Shown piece after piece: positions 12,057 to 25,069 of a DNA stretch of 64,000 nucleotides. Origin of the DNA: a plasmid. The translations under genes were made by a program, and so were the position numbers. The DNA lies in sequence record NZ_CP041047.1; one strand, given 5' to 3'. Each line of letters opens with the position of its first letter. Within the stretch, counting starts at the first letter, position 1. The notes below the pieces were generated by a model. That model was not told the origin of the DNA, did no database searches, and saw nothing but the letters and a program-made list of their open reading frames with translations.

Positions 12057-12602
12057 TTATCCCTCGGCTAGTTCCAGCGCTTCCTTCTGGGAAGTGGCTT
12101 CACCGAACCAGACCAGATCATAATGCGTGAAGTCAGTAGATAACATGCTCCTGACCCGTTGTTCCTCTGTTGCCACAGTGCGGCTATAGACAGCTACACA
12201 GCGCTCTCTCTTCCCGCCCCGCAATGATGAAGGGCTGTTGAAAATCGCAAAACACATCGTTTCCGGCTTAACGTTAACCCCGCCCATTTTTTCAATGACG
12301 TAATCATAGGCAATTTTTTCAATGTCATAAAATGAGCCGTCAGATGACACCATTGAATATTTCAGAACAGTACCCCCCAGAGCTCGCTTAATCTGGTGCT
12401 CCCTTTGCTGCTCGTTGTTCCAGCGAAAGGTTTGACGGCTGCTGGGGTGTCCTACTTTCTGTTCCGCTTTTGCACGTGGGCTATAGCCGTCAGCAATGAG
12501 TGAATCCATAAATTCACGCATTGATAAAATCTTACCGTTATGACGAATTTGTTTGGCTAGGAAGTTTTCAATACGTTTTTCGTTGGCTTTTTGAAGTGTC
12601 AT
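12057..12602 (-). CDS. hypothetical protein (181 aa)
   Basis: ORF track; motif 56 bp upstream. Confidence 0.45.
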   Translation of the reverse strand: MTLQKANEKRIENFLAKQIRHNGKILSMREFMDSLIADGYSPRAKAEQKVGHPSSRQTFRWNNEQQREHQIKRALGGTVLKYSMVSSDGSFYDIEKIAYDYVIEKMGGVNVKPETMCFAIFNSPSSLRGGKRERCVAVYSRTVATEEQRVRSMLSTDFTHYDLVWFGEATSQKEALELAEG

Positions 12603-12657
12603 TTTTTCTGGCCTATGGTTCGTTGTCGTTATATTCAGTAAACCATAGGTCGTTCAT

Positions 12658-12666
12658 GTGACGAAA
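12658..12666 (+). promoter_or_regulatory. conserved motif GTGACGAAA (copy 3)
   Basis: 56 bp upstream of the 12602 start. Confidence 0.4.
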
Positions 12667-12689
12667 CGTGTATTTATTCAACCCTATCT

Positions 12690-12963
12690 TCAATTATTTC
12701 GGTCATTAGAAAACGCAAATGATGATTATCGCCATCAGGATTGATTTTGTTTTTGTGATAATCCATTACGCTTACATTTCTTGCTTGTTTGAAGTGGTAA
12801 TTATCCATCGCGTTTACAGTTTTCTCATAGTAAGCTTCAGCTGAATAATCCAATAAACTTCGATAATAGGCAGCGACAACATCCCATCGACGATTTTCCG
12901 ATGCTTTACATAACTCTTCGTCGTCACCTATTGCCGCTATGATATAACCATATATATAGCCAA
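12690..12963 (-). pseudogene. 5'-truncated ORF remnant (reads ...AAYYRSLLDYSAEAYYEKTVNAMDNYHFKQARN...) cut by IS1
   Basis: open minus-strand frame runs without a start codon straight into the IS1 left end at 12964. Confidence 0.4.
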
Positions 12964-13212
12964 GGTGATGCTGCCAACTTACTGATTTAGTGTATGATGG
13001 TGTTTTTGAGGTGCTCCAGTGGCTTCTGTTTCTATCAGCTGTCCCTCCTGTTCAGCTACTGACGGGGTGGTGCGTAACGGCAAAAGCACTGCCGGACATC
13101 AGCGCTATCTCTGCTCTCACTGCCGTAAAACATGGCAACTGCAGTTCACTTACACCGCTTCTCAACCCGGTACGCACCAGAAAATCATTGATATGGCCAT
13201 GAATGGCGTTGG

Positions 13213-14197
<985 letters not shown>

Positions 14198-14262
14198 GAA
14201 ATTAATGTCGGATACGGCGCGAGCGCCTTATCCGACCAACTTATCAGGACGGAATGTTAAAA

Positions 14263-14402
14263 ATGAACATGTCGATGACAGAAAAAATAAAAGCAGGCAA
14301 GCTATTTACCGATATGTGCGAAGGCTTACCTGAAAAAAGACTTCGTGGGAAAACATTAATGTATGAGTTCAATCACTCGCATCCATCAGAAGTTGAAAAA
14401 AG
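14263..14402 (+). pseudogene. lacA: lacA 5' fragment (first 46 codons of thiogalactoside transacetylase)
   Basis: MNMSMTEKIKAGKLFTDMCEGLPEKRLRGKTLMYEFNHSHPSEVEKR, then cut by the inverted IS1. Confidence 0.8.
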
Positions 14403-15167
14403 GGTAATGACTCCAACTTATTGATAGTGTTTTATGTTCAGATAATGCCCGATGACTTTGTCATGCAGCTCCACCGATTTTGTGAGCGACAGCGACTTCC
14501 GTCCCAGCCGTGCCAGGTGCTGCCTCAGATTCAGGTTATGCCGCTCAATTCGCTGCGTATATCGCTTGCTGATTACGTGCAGCTTTCCCTTCAGGCGGGA
14601 TTCATACAGCGGCCAGCCATCCGTCATCCATATCACCACGTCAAAGGGTGACAGCAGGCTCATAAGACGCCCCAGCGTCGCCATAGTGCGTTCACCGAAT
14701 ACGTGCGCAAACCGTCTTCCGGAGCCTGTCATACGCGTAAAACAGCCAGCGCTGGCGCGATTTAGCCCCGACGTATCCCCACTGTTCGTCCATTTCCGCG
14801 CAGACGATGACGTCACTGCCCGGCTGTATGCGCGAGGTTACCGACTGCGGCCTGAGTTTTTTAAGTGACGTAAAATCGTGTTGAGGCCAACGCCCATAAT
14901 GCGGGCGGTTGCCCGGCATCCAACGCCATTCATGGCCATATCAATGATTTTCTGGTGCGTACCGGGTTGAGAAGCGGTGTAAGTGAACTGCAGTTGCCAT
15001 GTTTTACGGCAGTGAGAGCAGAGATAGCGCTGATGTCCGGCGGTGCTTTTGCCGTTACGCACCACCCCGTCAGTAGCTGAACAGGAGGGACAGCTGATAG
15101 AAACAGAAGCCACTGGAGCACCTCAAAAACACCATCATACACTAAATCAGTAAGTTGGCAGCATCAC
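14403..15167 (-). mobile_element. IS1 copy B (inverted; insB carries a 2-bp deletion frameshift)
   Basis: IS1 ends present. Copy B reads gcgcaaaccgtc where copy A has gcgcaacaaccgtc. The insB frame is split into 14692-14919 and 14418-14816 pieces. No matching 9-bp direct repeats at the outer edges of the IS1 pair. Confidence 0.85.
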
Positions 15168-15253
15168 CTGATGTGCCAAAGTCGATTACCTGTTGCATGG
15201 TTCACCTGTTTATTTATTCGTTTTGTATATTTATTTAAACACGGGCGTACCAG

Positions 15254-15262
15254 CTGACGAAT
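15254..15262 (+). promoter_or_regulatory. conserved motif CTGACGAAT (copy 4, orphan: the downstream gene is replaced by IS1)
   Basis: motif is present but the minus-strand gene it should serve is occupied by IS1 copy B. Confidence 0.35.
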
Positions 15263-15287
15263 AAGGCCAGCGGTATTATTTAATGAT

Positions 15288-15653
15288 TTATTTAGTAATC
15301 GGGGATGGAAATAATTGATCAAGACAACTCATTGGTTTGCCAATGGCATTTGTGAGCTTTAGAATTTCTCCCGGCGTAACTGCCTTAAGCATTTCAGAGC
15401 GCCCTTCACGGATATATTCATCTACAGACATATTCCGCCATCCTGCTTTTGGTCGATTACTGCAACCTTGCCAGTTTGAATCAGCATTATCCCGACGAAG
15501 AACATATACATCGATAGAGCGAGTTAACCCTGCACCGAACGCAGCCTGAGCAGTAATTTTCACTTCAGATCCATCCTTGCGTTTAATGACCTGCGATATA
15601 CGCGTGATTAACTCTTCAGGTGCGGATGCGTTGTTCTGAGTTTCATTTGTCAT
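15288..15653 (-). CDS. hypothetical protein (121 aa)
   Basis: ORF track; motif 58 bp upstream, followed by TTTAAT/TAATAA -10-like elements. Confidence 0.45.
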   Translation of the reverse strand: MTNETQNNASAPEELITRISQVIKRKDGSEVKITAQAAFGAGLTRSIDVYVLRRDNADSNWQGCSNRPKAGWRNMSVDEYIREGRSEMLKAVTPGEILKLTNAIGKPMSCLDQLFPSPITK

Positions 15654-15710
15654 AAAACACCTCGTGAATATTGTCCGGTTTGTTTACTTATTAAATCACG
15701 AGGCATTCGG

Positions 15711-15719
15711 GTGACGAAG
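15711..15719 (+). promoter_or_regulatory. conserved motif GTGACGAAG (copy 5)
   Basis: 58 bp upstream of the 15653 start. Confidence 0.45.
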
Positions 15720-15779
15720 TGATGTTCAGAAAGATACTTTTCTTTGCTGGAGCAGGCTTAACCGTTGGTTGTCTGGATG

Positions 15780-15980
15780 CTACCATTCATAAGAAATGAC
15801 GGTTAGCGTATCACTCACCTGTTCTTTGGTGATCTTTGGTTTTACCGGTTCGGGTAAAATTGTAATCGAAATTTGAATAGTTGCCGTTGCCTGTTGCTTT
15901 TTATCACCACTATTTCCCTCATCCTGTGCCAGTGCATTCCATGAAACAACGAATAATAAAGCTGAGAGTATCGTTTTCAT
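15780..15980 (-). CDS. small secreted protein (66 aa, N-terminal signal peptide)
   Basis: MKTILSALLFVVSWNALAQ is signal-peptide-like. Confidence 0.35.
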   Translation of the reverse strand: MKTILSALLFVVSWNALAQDEGNSGDKKQQATATIQISITILPEPVKPKITKEQVSDTLTVISYEW

Positions 15981-16102
15981 TTTACACCTATATAAAAGAT
16001 TGCTGTCCGTAGAACCATTATCTATCGGGCCAATCAGCTGGCGAAATTAAACAGTCGAAAACCTTTAATTAAATATCAGGATAAGGTCAGTAGCTTTTAT
16101 GG

Positions 16103-17518
16103 TCAGTCGTCATCATGATACTCAGGGCCACCATAATTATCAAATCGAGACCATTGACCATTAAATGTGAGACGTACTGTCCCTATAGGCCCGTTGCGCT
16201 GTTTACCTATGATAATTTCGGCTATACCTTTCATATCGCTATTTTCGTGATAGACCTCATCACGGTAAATAAACATGATCAGGTCAGCATCCTGCTCAAT
16301 GGAGCCTGACTCTCGCAAATCTGAGTTTACCGGACGTTTATCGGCACGTTGTTCAAGCGAGCGGTTTAGTTGCGATAAAGCGATTACCGGTACATTCAGC
16401 TCTTTTGCCAGTGCTTTCAGAGATCGGGAGATTTCAGCAATTTCCAGAGTTCTGTTGTCAGATAACGACGGTACACGCATCAACTGAAGGTAGTCGATCA
16501 TAATGAGGCTAAGCCCACCGTGTTCGCGGGACAATCGACGCGCCCGGGAGCGAACGTCCATAGGTGTTAGGCCAGAGCTGTCATCAATGTAAATGTTCTT
16601 TTTTTCCAGCAGCAGTCCCATTGTGCCGGATAACCGGGCCCAGTCCTCGTCATCGAGCTGTCCGGTTCGGATGCTGGTCTGGTTGACGCGTGATAGCGAT
16701 GCCAGTGAGCGCATCATGAGCTGTTCCGTAGGCATTTCCAGGCTGAAAATCATGACGGGCTTATCGTTTGTCAGCGATACATTCTCGCAGATGTTCATTG
16801 CAAACGTAGTTTTCCCCATTGAGGGTCTGGCAGCGATAATAATCAAATCCGAGGGCTGTAGACCGGCTGTCTTCTTGTTCACGTCCACGTAGCCGGTATC
16901 AACTCCAGTGACCCCGTCATGGGGACGCTGGAACAAGGCTTCAATCTTGGTAACGGTTCTGTCCAGAATGCTGCTGATATTTTCCGGCCCACCGCTTTTA
17001 TTTCCCCTTTGCTCTGCAATCTGGAAAATCCGGCTTTCTGCAAGATCAAGCAATTCGTCACTTGTCCTACCTTCCGGGTTGTAACCGGCCTCGGTTATTT
17101 CGTTGGCAACTTTTATCATTTCCCTGATTACGGCACGTTCCCTGACGATCTGCGCGTAGGCAATTATATTTGCCGCACTGGGCGTATTTTTTGACAGTTC
17201 TGCCAGATAGGCGAAACCGCCGAGACTATCCAGCTTACCTTCTCCCTCGTTTTCGATGTGCTCAGCGAGGGTTATCAAATCAATCGGGAATTGATTCGCA
17301 ACGAGCGATCTCATTGCAGAGAAAATTGAGCGATGCGGTCGAGAACTAAAATCCTGCTCACTAACGATTTCTGCCACATCATCCCATCTCTGGTTTTCAA
17401 GCATTAACCCGCCCAGCACGGACTGTTCCGCTTCTATCGATTGCGGAGGGGTTTTTAAGCTGTATTCAGCTGTTTGCTTTGTCTCACCTGTTTCGGTAAA
17501 CGAGATGTCCGCCATAGT
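16103..17518 (-). CDS. DnaB-family replicative helicase (about 470 aa; ORF track start 17575, likely start MTMADISF)
   Basis: DnaB N-terminal block PPQSIEAEQSVLGGLMLENQRWDDV; Walker A ARPSMGKTTFAMN; IMIDYLQLM; RecA-like C-terminus. Confidence 0.8.
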   Translation of the reverse strand, partial: TMADISFTETGETKQTAEYSLKTPPQSIEAEQSVLGGLMLENQRWDDVAEIVSEQDFSSRPHRSIFSAMRSLVANQFPIDLITLAEHIENEGEGKLDSLGGFAYLAELSKNTPSAANIIAYAQIVRERAVIREMIKVANEITEAGYNPEGRTSDELLDLAESRIFQIAEQRGNKSGGPENISSILDRTVTKIEALFQRPHDGVTGVDTGYVDVNKKTAGLQPSDLIIIAARPSMGKTTFAMNICENVSLTNDKPVMIFSLEMPTEQLMMRSLASLSRVNQTSIRTGQLDDEDWARLSGTMGLLLEKKNIYIDDSSGLTPMDVRSRARRLSREHGGLSLIMIDYLQLMRVPSLSDNRTLEIAEISRSLKALAKELNVPVIALSQLNRSLEQRADKRPVNSDLRESGSIEQDADLIMFIYRDEVYHENSDMKGIAEIIIGKQRNGPIGTVRLTFNGQWSRFDNYGGPEYHDDD

Positions 17519-17529
17519 CATAAGTGGCC

Positions 17530-17898
17530 TCAGAGGTTCTGGAATAGCTTTTGTTTTTGTAATTGTCGTGCGCATTCCGATACCAACTCCGGGTAACTGG
17601 ATGCTATTGCCTTTAGAATTGCTTCAGAGAGCTCATTCGCTTCATCAGAGCGGCCCACCAGCCTCAGCTCGGCTACTGTACCGGGGTCGCAGTTTGTCAG
17701 GTTGGCGCGGGCGTAATTGACTTTCAGCCGCGCCAGAAATTCCACCCCGGGCTTGCGCTTCACCGCGTGGACAGAAAGTGTTTTTCGGCAAAATCGACCA
17801 GCTGTACGGCGTTCGTGATGCTCCAGAGCTTTTGCTTCCAGCTCCTGCCCGGCGATAACGGTCACATAGAGGCTACTAATCAACGCCGATACATTCAT
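17530..17898 (-). CDS. hypothetical protein (122 aa), in operon with the helicase
   Basis: stop lies just upstream of the helicase start; start overlaps the upstream gene (ATGA-type overlap). Confidence 0.4.
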   Translation of the reverse strand: MNVSALISSLYVTVIAGQELEAKALEHHERRTAGRFCRKTLSVHAVKRKPGVEFLARLKVNYARANLTNCDPGTVAELRLVGRSDEANELSEAILKAIASSYPELVSECARQLQKQKLFQNL

Positions 17899-18470
17899 GC
17901 AGCAATCCCCCGCTTATTAGCCAGCGCAACGGTATCCAGAAGTACGAAGTCATCAAGCAGGTTCAGTCCTGCGGGCGTCTTCTGATCACGCCATAGCGCA
18001 TCCAGTACATCGGTGTCTGGCATTCCCGTTGGGATTAGGCTTAGAAGTTCGGATAACGTATCTACCTGTAGCATGTGGCAGATAGAAGCCAGCATTATTC
18101 CCTCTGACGCTTTATCCATAAGACCACCGATCAGAATCTGAATTTCCGGGGTCATAACAAAATGCTCATAATTGGATTTATTGAATCGGCACTGAATGAG
18201 TTTATAACCCTTGAACTCAGTAATTAACTCCTGAAGGAATACATGCAGCATATCTGGTTTTGTTTTTCTAATAGCCGCTACCTGCATTGCAATTTTTAAA
18301 ATGCCATCATCAACTCTTTCGTGCGGGCATCCTGCGGAGGAATAAATACTTTTTGCCTTTTCGAGCCAATTTTGCAGCTCGATATAATTAGTCTGAATAT
18401 TCAACGCGACCCCCATTGCTATCCAAAAAAGTCTATAACCCTGATATTTTAATGCGCTCCTGTCTATCAT
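17895..18470 (-). CDS. hypothetical protein (191 aa), first gene of the helicase operon
   Basis: ORF track; the upstream 120 bp are interrupted by the IS5 composite element. Confidence 0.4.
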   Translation of the reverse strand: MIDRSALKYQGYRLFWIAMGVALNIQTNYIELQNWLEKAKSIYSSAGCPHERVDDGILKIAMQVAAIRKTKPDMLHVFLQELITEFKGYKLIQCRFNKSNYEHFVMTPEIQILIGGLMDKASEGIMLASICHMLQVDTLSELLSLIPTGMPDTDVLDALWRDQKTPAGLNLLDDFVLLDTVALANKRGIAA

Positions 18471-18593
18471 CGAAAAATTTAAGACAGCAAAATGCGGCCA
18501 TTTATATGTGCAAAAATATGAGCCGGTTTATCCGGCCCATCAGAATGAAAAGGAATTTTATGCAGGTCTGTTAAAGACCTGCTGGGAGGTTAG

Positions 18594-19788
<1,195 letters not shown>

Positions 19789-20086
19789 CTATTTGTGCGA
19801 TTACATCGCTATTTTGGGAAATATTCCACTAAAGCCCCCAAAACATGCAAAACTATTTCGCCTTATTTTGAACCGCCTTACTGCAAATCGGGCTGCATGC
19901 CCTTTCGCCACAGGTACTGTCTCTTTATTCACAACTCAAATAGAAATGTGACATAGTGCAAATTCACAATCGTCAGATCCGGACATAACTTGCAATAATT
20001 CGGAATTTATCCGACTTTATTTATATTAATTACGAAGCGCAAAAAAAATCGTTTTTCCCCTATGTCCTCACAGCGAAGTGATAACT

Positions 20087-22792
20087 ATGTTGATTCCGTC
20101 TAAATTAAGTCGCCCGGTACGCCTCGACCATACTGTCGTTCGTGAGCGTCTGCTGGCTAAACTTTCCGGCGCGAACAATTTTCGGCTTGCGCTGATCACT
20201 AGCCCGGCAGGGTACGGAAAAACAACGCTCATTTCTCAATGGGCTTCCGGTAAAAATGACGTCGGCTGGTTTTCGCTGGATGAAGGCGACAACCAACAGG
20301 AACGTTTTGCCAGCTATTTCATTGCGGCCATTCAGCAAGCCACCGGTGGGCATTGCGTCAGCAGTGAGGTGATGGCGCAAAAACGCCAGTACGCCAGCCT
20401 CTCCTCCCTCTTTGCCCAGTTATTTATTGAACTGGCAGAGTGGCAACGCGCGCTCTATCTGGTGATTGATGACTACCACCTCATCACCAACCCGGTAATT
20501 CATGAAGCCATGCGCTTCTTCTTGCGCCATCAGCCAGAAAACCTGACGCTGATTGTGCTGTCGCGCAATTTACCGCAGTTAGGCATCGCCAACCTGCGCG
20601 TACGTGAACAGCTGCTGGAGATCGGCAGCCATCAACTGGCCTTTAATCATCAGGAAGCGAAGCAATTTTTCGATTGCCGCCTGACCTCGCCCATCGAAGC
20701 GGCAGAGAGCAGCCGCCTGTGTGATGACGTTGCCGGCTGGGCCACTGCGCTACAACTCATTGCCCTTTCCGTACGCCAGAATCACAGCGCCGCGCAGCAA
20801 TCCGCTCGCCGTCTGGCGGGGATCAACGCCAGCCACCTGTCCGACTATCTTGTGGATGAGGTGCTGGATAATGTGGATGCCAGTACGCGCCTGTTCTTAC
20901 TGAAAAGCTCATTATTGCGCTCTATGAACGATGCGCTGATTGTCCGTGTCACTGGCGAAGAAAATGGTCAGATGCGGCTGGAAGAAATTGAGCGCCAGGG
21001 GCTATTCCTGCAGCGCATGGATGACTCCGGCGAGTGGTTCAGCTACCACCCGCTGTTCGGCAATTTCCTGCGCCAGCGCTGCCAGTGGGAACTGGCGACT
21101 GAACTACCGGAAATTCATCGCTCGGCAGCAGAAAGCTGGATGGCGCAGGGTTTCCCCAGCGAAGCCATTCATCACGCACTGGCCGCGGGCGACGGTATCA
21201 TGTTACGGGATATTCTGTTGCATCACGCCTGGGGGTTGTTCAATCACAGCGAACTCAGCCTGCTGGAAGCATCGCTGAAAGCGCTGCCGTGGGAAAGCCT
21301 GCTGGAAAACCCTCGCCTGGTTCTGCTACAGGCCTGGCTGATGCAAAGCCAGCATCGCTACAGTGAAGTGAATACCTTGCTGGCCCGTGCCGAGCAGGAG
21401 ATGACCACCCGAATGGATGCCTCCCTGCATGGTGATTTCAACGCGTTACGCGCGCAGGTCGCGATCAATGATGGTGACGCCGTCGAAGCGGAACGTCTGG
21501 CCATGGTCGCTCTCGACGAACTGCCGCTCGCCAATTACTACAGCCGTATTGTCGCCACATCGGTACATGGCGAAGTGCTGCACTGCAAAGGGCAACTCAC
21601 CAACTCCCTGGCGTTAATGCAGCAAACCGAACAGATGGCGCGCCGCCACGACGTGTGGCACTACGCCTTATGGAGCCTGATTCAGCAAAGCGAAATTCTT
21701 TTTGCGCAAGGCTTCCTGCAGGCCGCCTGGGAGACCCAGGAAAAAGGGTTTGTCCTGGTGCGCGAACAGCATCTTGAACAACTGCCGATGCACGAATTCT
21801 TACTGCGCATTCGTTCGCAGTTGCTCTGGGCCTGGGCACGCCTTGACGAATCTGAGGCCGCCGCCCGCCAGGGGATGGAGGTTCTCGCCTCCTTCCAGCC
21901 GCAGCAACAGTTACAGTGTCTGGCGCTGGTGATTCAAAACTCGCTGGCAAGAGGCGATTTGGATAACGCGCGCGCGCATTTGCATCGTCTGGAAAACTTG
22001 CTGGGTAACGGTCAGTATCACAGCGATTGGGTATCGAACGCCGATAAGGTTCGGGTGATTTACTGGAACATGACAGGGGATCGCAAATCCGCAGCACAGT
22101 GGCTTCGCCAGACGCCTAAACCGGAGTTCGCTAATAACCATTTCCTGCAAGGGCAGTGGCGTAATATCGCCAGAGCGCAAATTCTGCTCGGTGATTTCGA
22201 TCCAGCCGAAATGGTCCTCGAAGAGCTTAACGAGAACGCCCGCAGTCTGCGCCTGATGAGTGATTTGAATCGCAACCTGCTGTTACTGAATCAGCTGTAC
22301 TGGCAGTCCGGACGCAAAAACGACGCACAGCGTGTGCTACTTGAGGCGCTGCAGCTTGCCAACCGCACCGGGTTTATCAGCCACTTTGTCATAGAGGGCG
22401 AGGCGATGGCGCAGCAATTGCGTCAGCTTATTCAACTCAACACATTGCCGGAGCTGGACCAGCACCGCGCGCAGCGTATTCTGCGCGACATCAACCAACA
22501 TCACCGGCATAAGTTCGCCCATTTTGACGAGAACTTCGTTGAACGTTTACTGAACCATCCGGAAGTGCCGGAACTTATCCGTACCAGTCCGTTAACCCAG
22601 CGAGAGTGGCAGGTTTTGGGGCTTATTTACTCAGGCTATAGTAATGAGCAGATCGCCGGTGAGCTCGCCGTAGCGGCGACCACCATTAAAACGCATATCC
22701 GTAATTTGTATCAGAAGCTGGGGGTTGCTCACCGTCAGGATGCCGTGTTGCATGCCCAGCGGCTGCTGAAAATGATGGGCTATGGCGTCTGA
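20087..22792 (+). CDS. malT: MalT, maltose regulon transcriptional activator (901 aa; ORF track start 20078)
   Basis: [52 protein letters not shown]...; LuxR-type C-terminal HTH; about 90% identity to E. coli MalT as recalled. Confidence 0.9.
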   Translation: MLIPSKLSRPVRLDHTVVRERLLAKLSGANNFRLALITSPAGYGKTTLISQWASGKNDVGWFSLDEGDNQQERFASYFIAAIQQATGGHCVSSEVMAQKRQYASLSSLFAQLFIELAEWQRALYLVIDDYHLITNPVIHEAMRFFLRHQPENLTLIVLSRNLPQLGIANLRVREQLLEIGSHQLAFNHQEAKQFFDCRLTSPIEAAESSRLCDDVAGWATALQLIALSVRQNHSAAQQSARRLAGINASHLSDYLVDEVLDNVDASTRLFLLKSSLLRSMNDALIVRVTGEENGQMRLEEIERQGLFLQRMDDSGEWFSYHPLFGNFLRQRCQWELATELPEIHRSAAESWMAQGFPSEAIHHALAAGDGIMLRDILLHHAWGLFNHSELSLLEASLKALPWESLLENPRLVLLQAWLMQSQHRYSEVNTLLARAEQEMTTRMDASLHGDFNALRAQVAINDGDAVEAERLAMVALDELPLANYYSRIVATSVHGEVLHCKGQLTNSLALMQQTEQMARRHDVWHYALWSLIQQSEILFAQGFLQAAWETQEKGFVLVREQHLEQLPMHEFLLRIRSQLLWAWARLDESEAAARQGMEVLASFQPQQQLQCLALVIQNSLARGDLDNARAHLHRLENLLGNGQYHSDWVSNADKVRVIYWNMTGDRKSAAQWLRQTPKPEFANNHFLQGQWRNIARAQILLGDFDPAEMVLEELNENARSLRLMSDLNRNLLLLNQLYWQSGRKNDAQRVLLEALQLANRTGFISHFVIEGEAMAQQLRQLIQLNTLPELDQHRAQRILRDINQHHRHKFAHFDENFVERLLNHPEVPELIRTSPLTQREWQVLGLIYSGYSNEQIAGELAVAATTIKTHIRNLYQKLGVAHRQDAVLHAQRLLKMMGYGV

Positions 22793-22832
22793 GTTCAGGT
22801 CGGGCTGGCGCAACGCCGCCCGACACTATCTC

Positions 22833-23591
22833 TCAGCATAACTCTAACTGGATGTTATTACTGGTGATCACCTGCATGACGCCCGCAGGTGGCATAGTAT
22901 CGGTGTACACTGCATTCACCATGCTGATACTGCCCATATTAACCATCGCGTTACGTCCAAACTTCGAGTGATCCACCACCAACATCGCATGGCGGGAGTT
23001 TTCAATGATCGCCCGTTTGGTGCGGACTTCATGATAGTCAAACTCAAGCAGCGAACCATCAGCGTCAATGCCACTGATACCAAGAATGCCAAAGTCCAGA
23101 CGGAACTGAGAGATAAAGTCCAGCGTAGCTTCGCCGACAATGCCGCCGTCACGGCTACGCAATTCGCCGCCCGCGAGGATGACGCGGAAATCTTCTTTTT
23201 TCAGCAGCGTATTTGCCACATTGAGATTGTTAGTCACCACGCGTAAATCGCTATGATCGAGCAGCGCGTGCGCCACGGCTTCCGGGGTAGTTCCAATATC
23301 AATAAACAACGTTGCGCCGTTCGGGATCTGGCTGGCCACTTTACGGGCAATCCGTTCTTTCTCCGCCGTTTGCGTTGCCTTACGGTCATGCCAGGAGGTG
23401 TTGACGGAGCTGGAAGGTAGCGCAGCCCCCCCGTGGTGGCGCAGGATTTTGTTTTGATCAGCCAGATCGTTCAGATCGCGGCGAATCGTCTGCGGACTTA
23501 CCGAGAATTGCTCTACCAGTTCTTCCGTGCTGACATATCCCTGCAGTTTAACCAGTTCAATGATCGCGTCATGACGTTGTGTTTGTTTCAT
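22833..23591 (-). CDS. glpR: GlpR, DeoR-family repressor of the glycerol-3-phosphate regulon (252 aa)
   Basis: DeoR-family HTH N-terminus; glpEGR synteny. Confidence 0.9.
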   Translation of the reverse strand: MKQTQRHDAIIELVKLQGYVSTEELVEQFSVSPQTIRRDLNDLADQNKILRHHGGAALPSSSVNTSWHDRKATQTAEKERIARKVASQIPNGATLFIDIGTTPEAVAHALLDHSDLRVVTNNLNVANTLLKKEDFRVILAGGELRSRDGGIVGEATLDFISQFRLDFGILGISGIDADGSLLEFDYHEVRTKRAIIENSRHAMLVVDHSKFGRNAMVNMGSISMVNAVYTDTMPPAGVMQVITSNNIQLELC

Positions 23592-23608
23592 GAAATGTCT
23601 CTGGATAA

Positions 23609-24439
23609 TTATGTTCGTTTTCGCGCATTCAATGTATCTACCAGCGCCATCGCAAGGCCAATCACCAGCCCGCCGGTGTGGGCGCCGATAGCCGTATCCA
23701 CTGCTGAGATGCCAAACCAGTCAGCAACCAGTAACACGACCGTAAAAATAACCAGTCCACGGGGCAGCCAGACCGGGCGTTCCGGGTCTCGCTCACCCCG
23801 TAGCCACACATAACCAATCAATGCATAGACCACACCTGACAGACCACCAAACCAGGGGCCCGTCAGTTTGTACTGTAAAAAGCCGCTCAGTAACGCGCTG
23901 ATAAGCGTGATCACCACCAGCTTGCCGCTTCCCAGACGTTTTTCAACGGCTCCGCCAAGATACCACCACCAGAACAGGTTAAAGATGATATGAACCAGCG
24001 AAAAGTGCATTAGCGCATGGCTAAAGTAGCGCCAGGCTTCAAATTTCAGCGAGGCGTCATAGGGCCAGGCAAGCCAGACCATCACGGTCTGATCGTCAGA
24101 CATACTCATCAGGATAAAGACCAGCACGCAAGCCGCGAAGACAGAGAGGGTAATCGGCCCACCGCGCTCCCGTAGCGCCGTGCGCAGAGAAAATCCACGG
24201 TAGTGCAAACCGCTGCCTGTCTCTCCGGATTGCCAGCTTGCGGCGAGATAACGTGGATCGGTGGGATTTTCCAGAAAACGCGCCAGTTCAGCTTTCACGC
24301 GCTCAGCCTGGCTTTCGTCCGCCAGCCAGATATCGCTTTGCGAGTGGTGTTGAATCGTAAGAATGACGCCCTGTGTTTGCATGTAATCGACAAACGCCTG
24401 GGCGACGCGCGGGTTGGTAAATGATGTAATCATCAACAT
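23609..24439 (-). CDS. glpG: GlpG rhomboid intramembrane serine protease (276 aa)
   Basis: rhomboid core motifs (GxSG, catalytic His); synteny. Confidence 0.9.
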   Translation of the reverse strand: MLMITSFTNPRVAQAFVDYMQTQGVILTIQHHSQSDIWLADESQAERVKAELARFLENPTDPRYLAASWQSGETGSGLHYRGFSLRTALRERGGPITLSVFAACVLVFILMSMSDDQTVMVWLAWPYDASLKFEAWRYFSHALMHFSLVHIIFNLFWWWYLGGAVEKRLGSGKLVVITLISALLSGFLQYKLTGPWFGGLSGVVYALIGYVWLRGERDPERPVWLPRGLVIFTVVLLVADWFGISAVDTAIGAHTGGLVIGLAMALVDTLNARKRT

Positions 24440-24498
24440 GGCTGGCGGTCGCTTTGTCTCCGGAAAAGAGCACAGTATAGCGGCAGATTCATCACTCT

Positions 24499-24828
24499 CT
24501 AAAGGGATCCCTGCGTGACTTCCGCTGGAAAGTGACGGTGCCAGGCATCAAAGCCACCATCGACGCTGAATACCGAATCATAGCCTTGCTGGAGCAGGTA
24601 TTGTGCCGCACCTTTACTGCTATTGCCGTGGTAGCACATCACCATGACCGGGGTATCGAAGTCGGTTTCACGCATAAACGCCCCGAGCGTATCGTTTGTT
24701 AAATGAAAAGCGCCCGGCGTATGGCCAATCGCATAGCTTTGCGGGTCACGAATATCGACCAGAACCGCCTGCTTAAGCTGCAGTTTCTGGTGGGCCTCTT
24801 CAACATTAATACAGACAAAATGATCCAT
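24499..24828 (-). CDS. glpE: GlpE thiosulfate sulfurtransferase (rhodanese, 109 aa)
   Basis: rhodanese active-site CYHGNSS; synteny. Confidence 0.9.
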   Translation of the reverse strand: MDHFVCINVEEAHQKLQLKQAVLVDIRDPQSYAIGHTPGAFHLTNDTLGAFMRETDFDTPVMVMCYHGNSSKGAAQYLLQQGYDSVFSVDGGFDAWHRHFPAEVTQGSL

Positions 24829-25069
24829 TCTGATCTCTTTTCTTTTACGTATGACAGGTGGTACGCCTGCTTCTTCCCGTATACATCAGGGCGGAAAAAG
24901 CAGGCTGCATAAGTTTACCGCTTAGTGTACGTCCTCCAGGTGGAGAAACACCATTATGTTATGTATATCACTCTAAATTGTTTTTCTGATGTTACCAAAA
25001 GCGCGATCTTTTGCTATTATGAGCGATATCGAACATTTGTGAGCTTTAACGAAAGCGCGTGAGGGCAGC

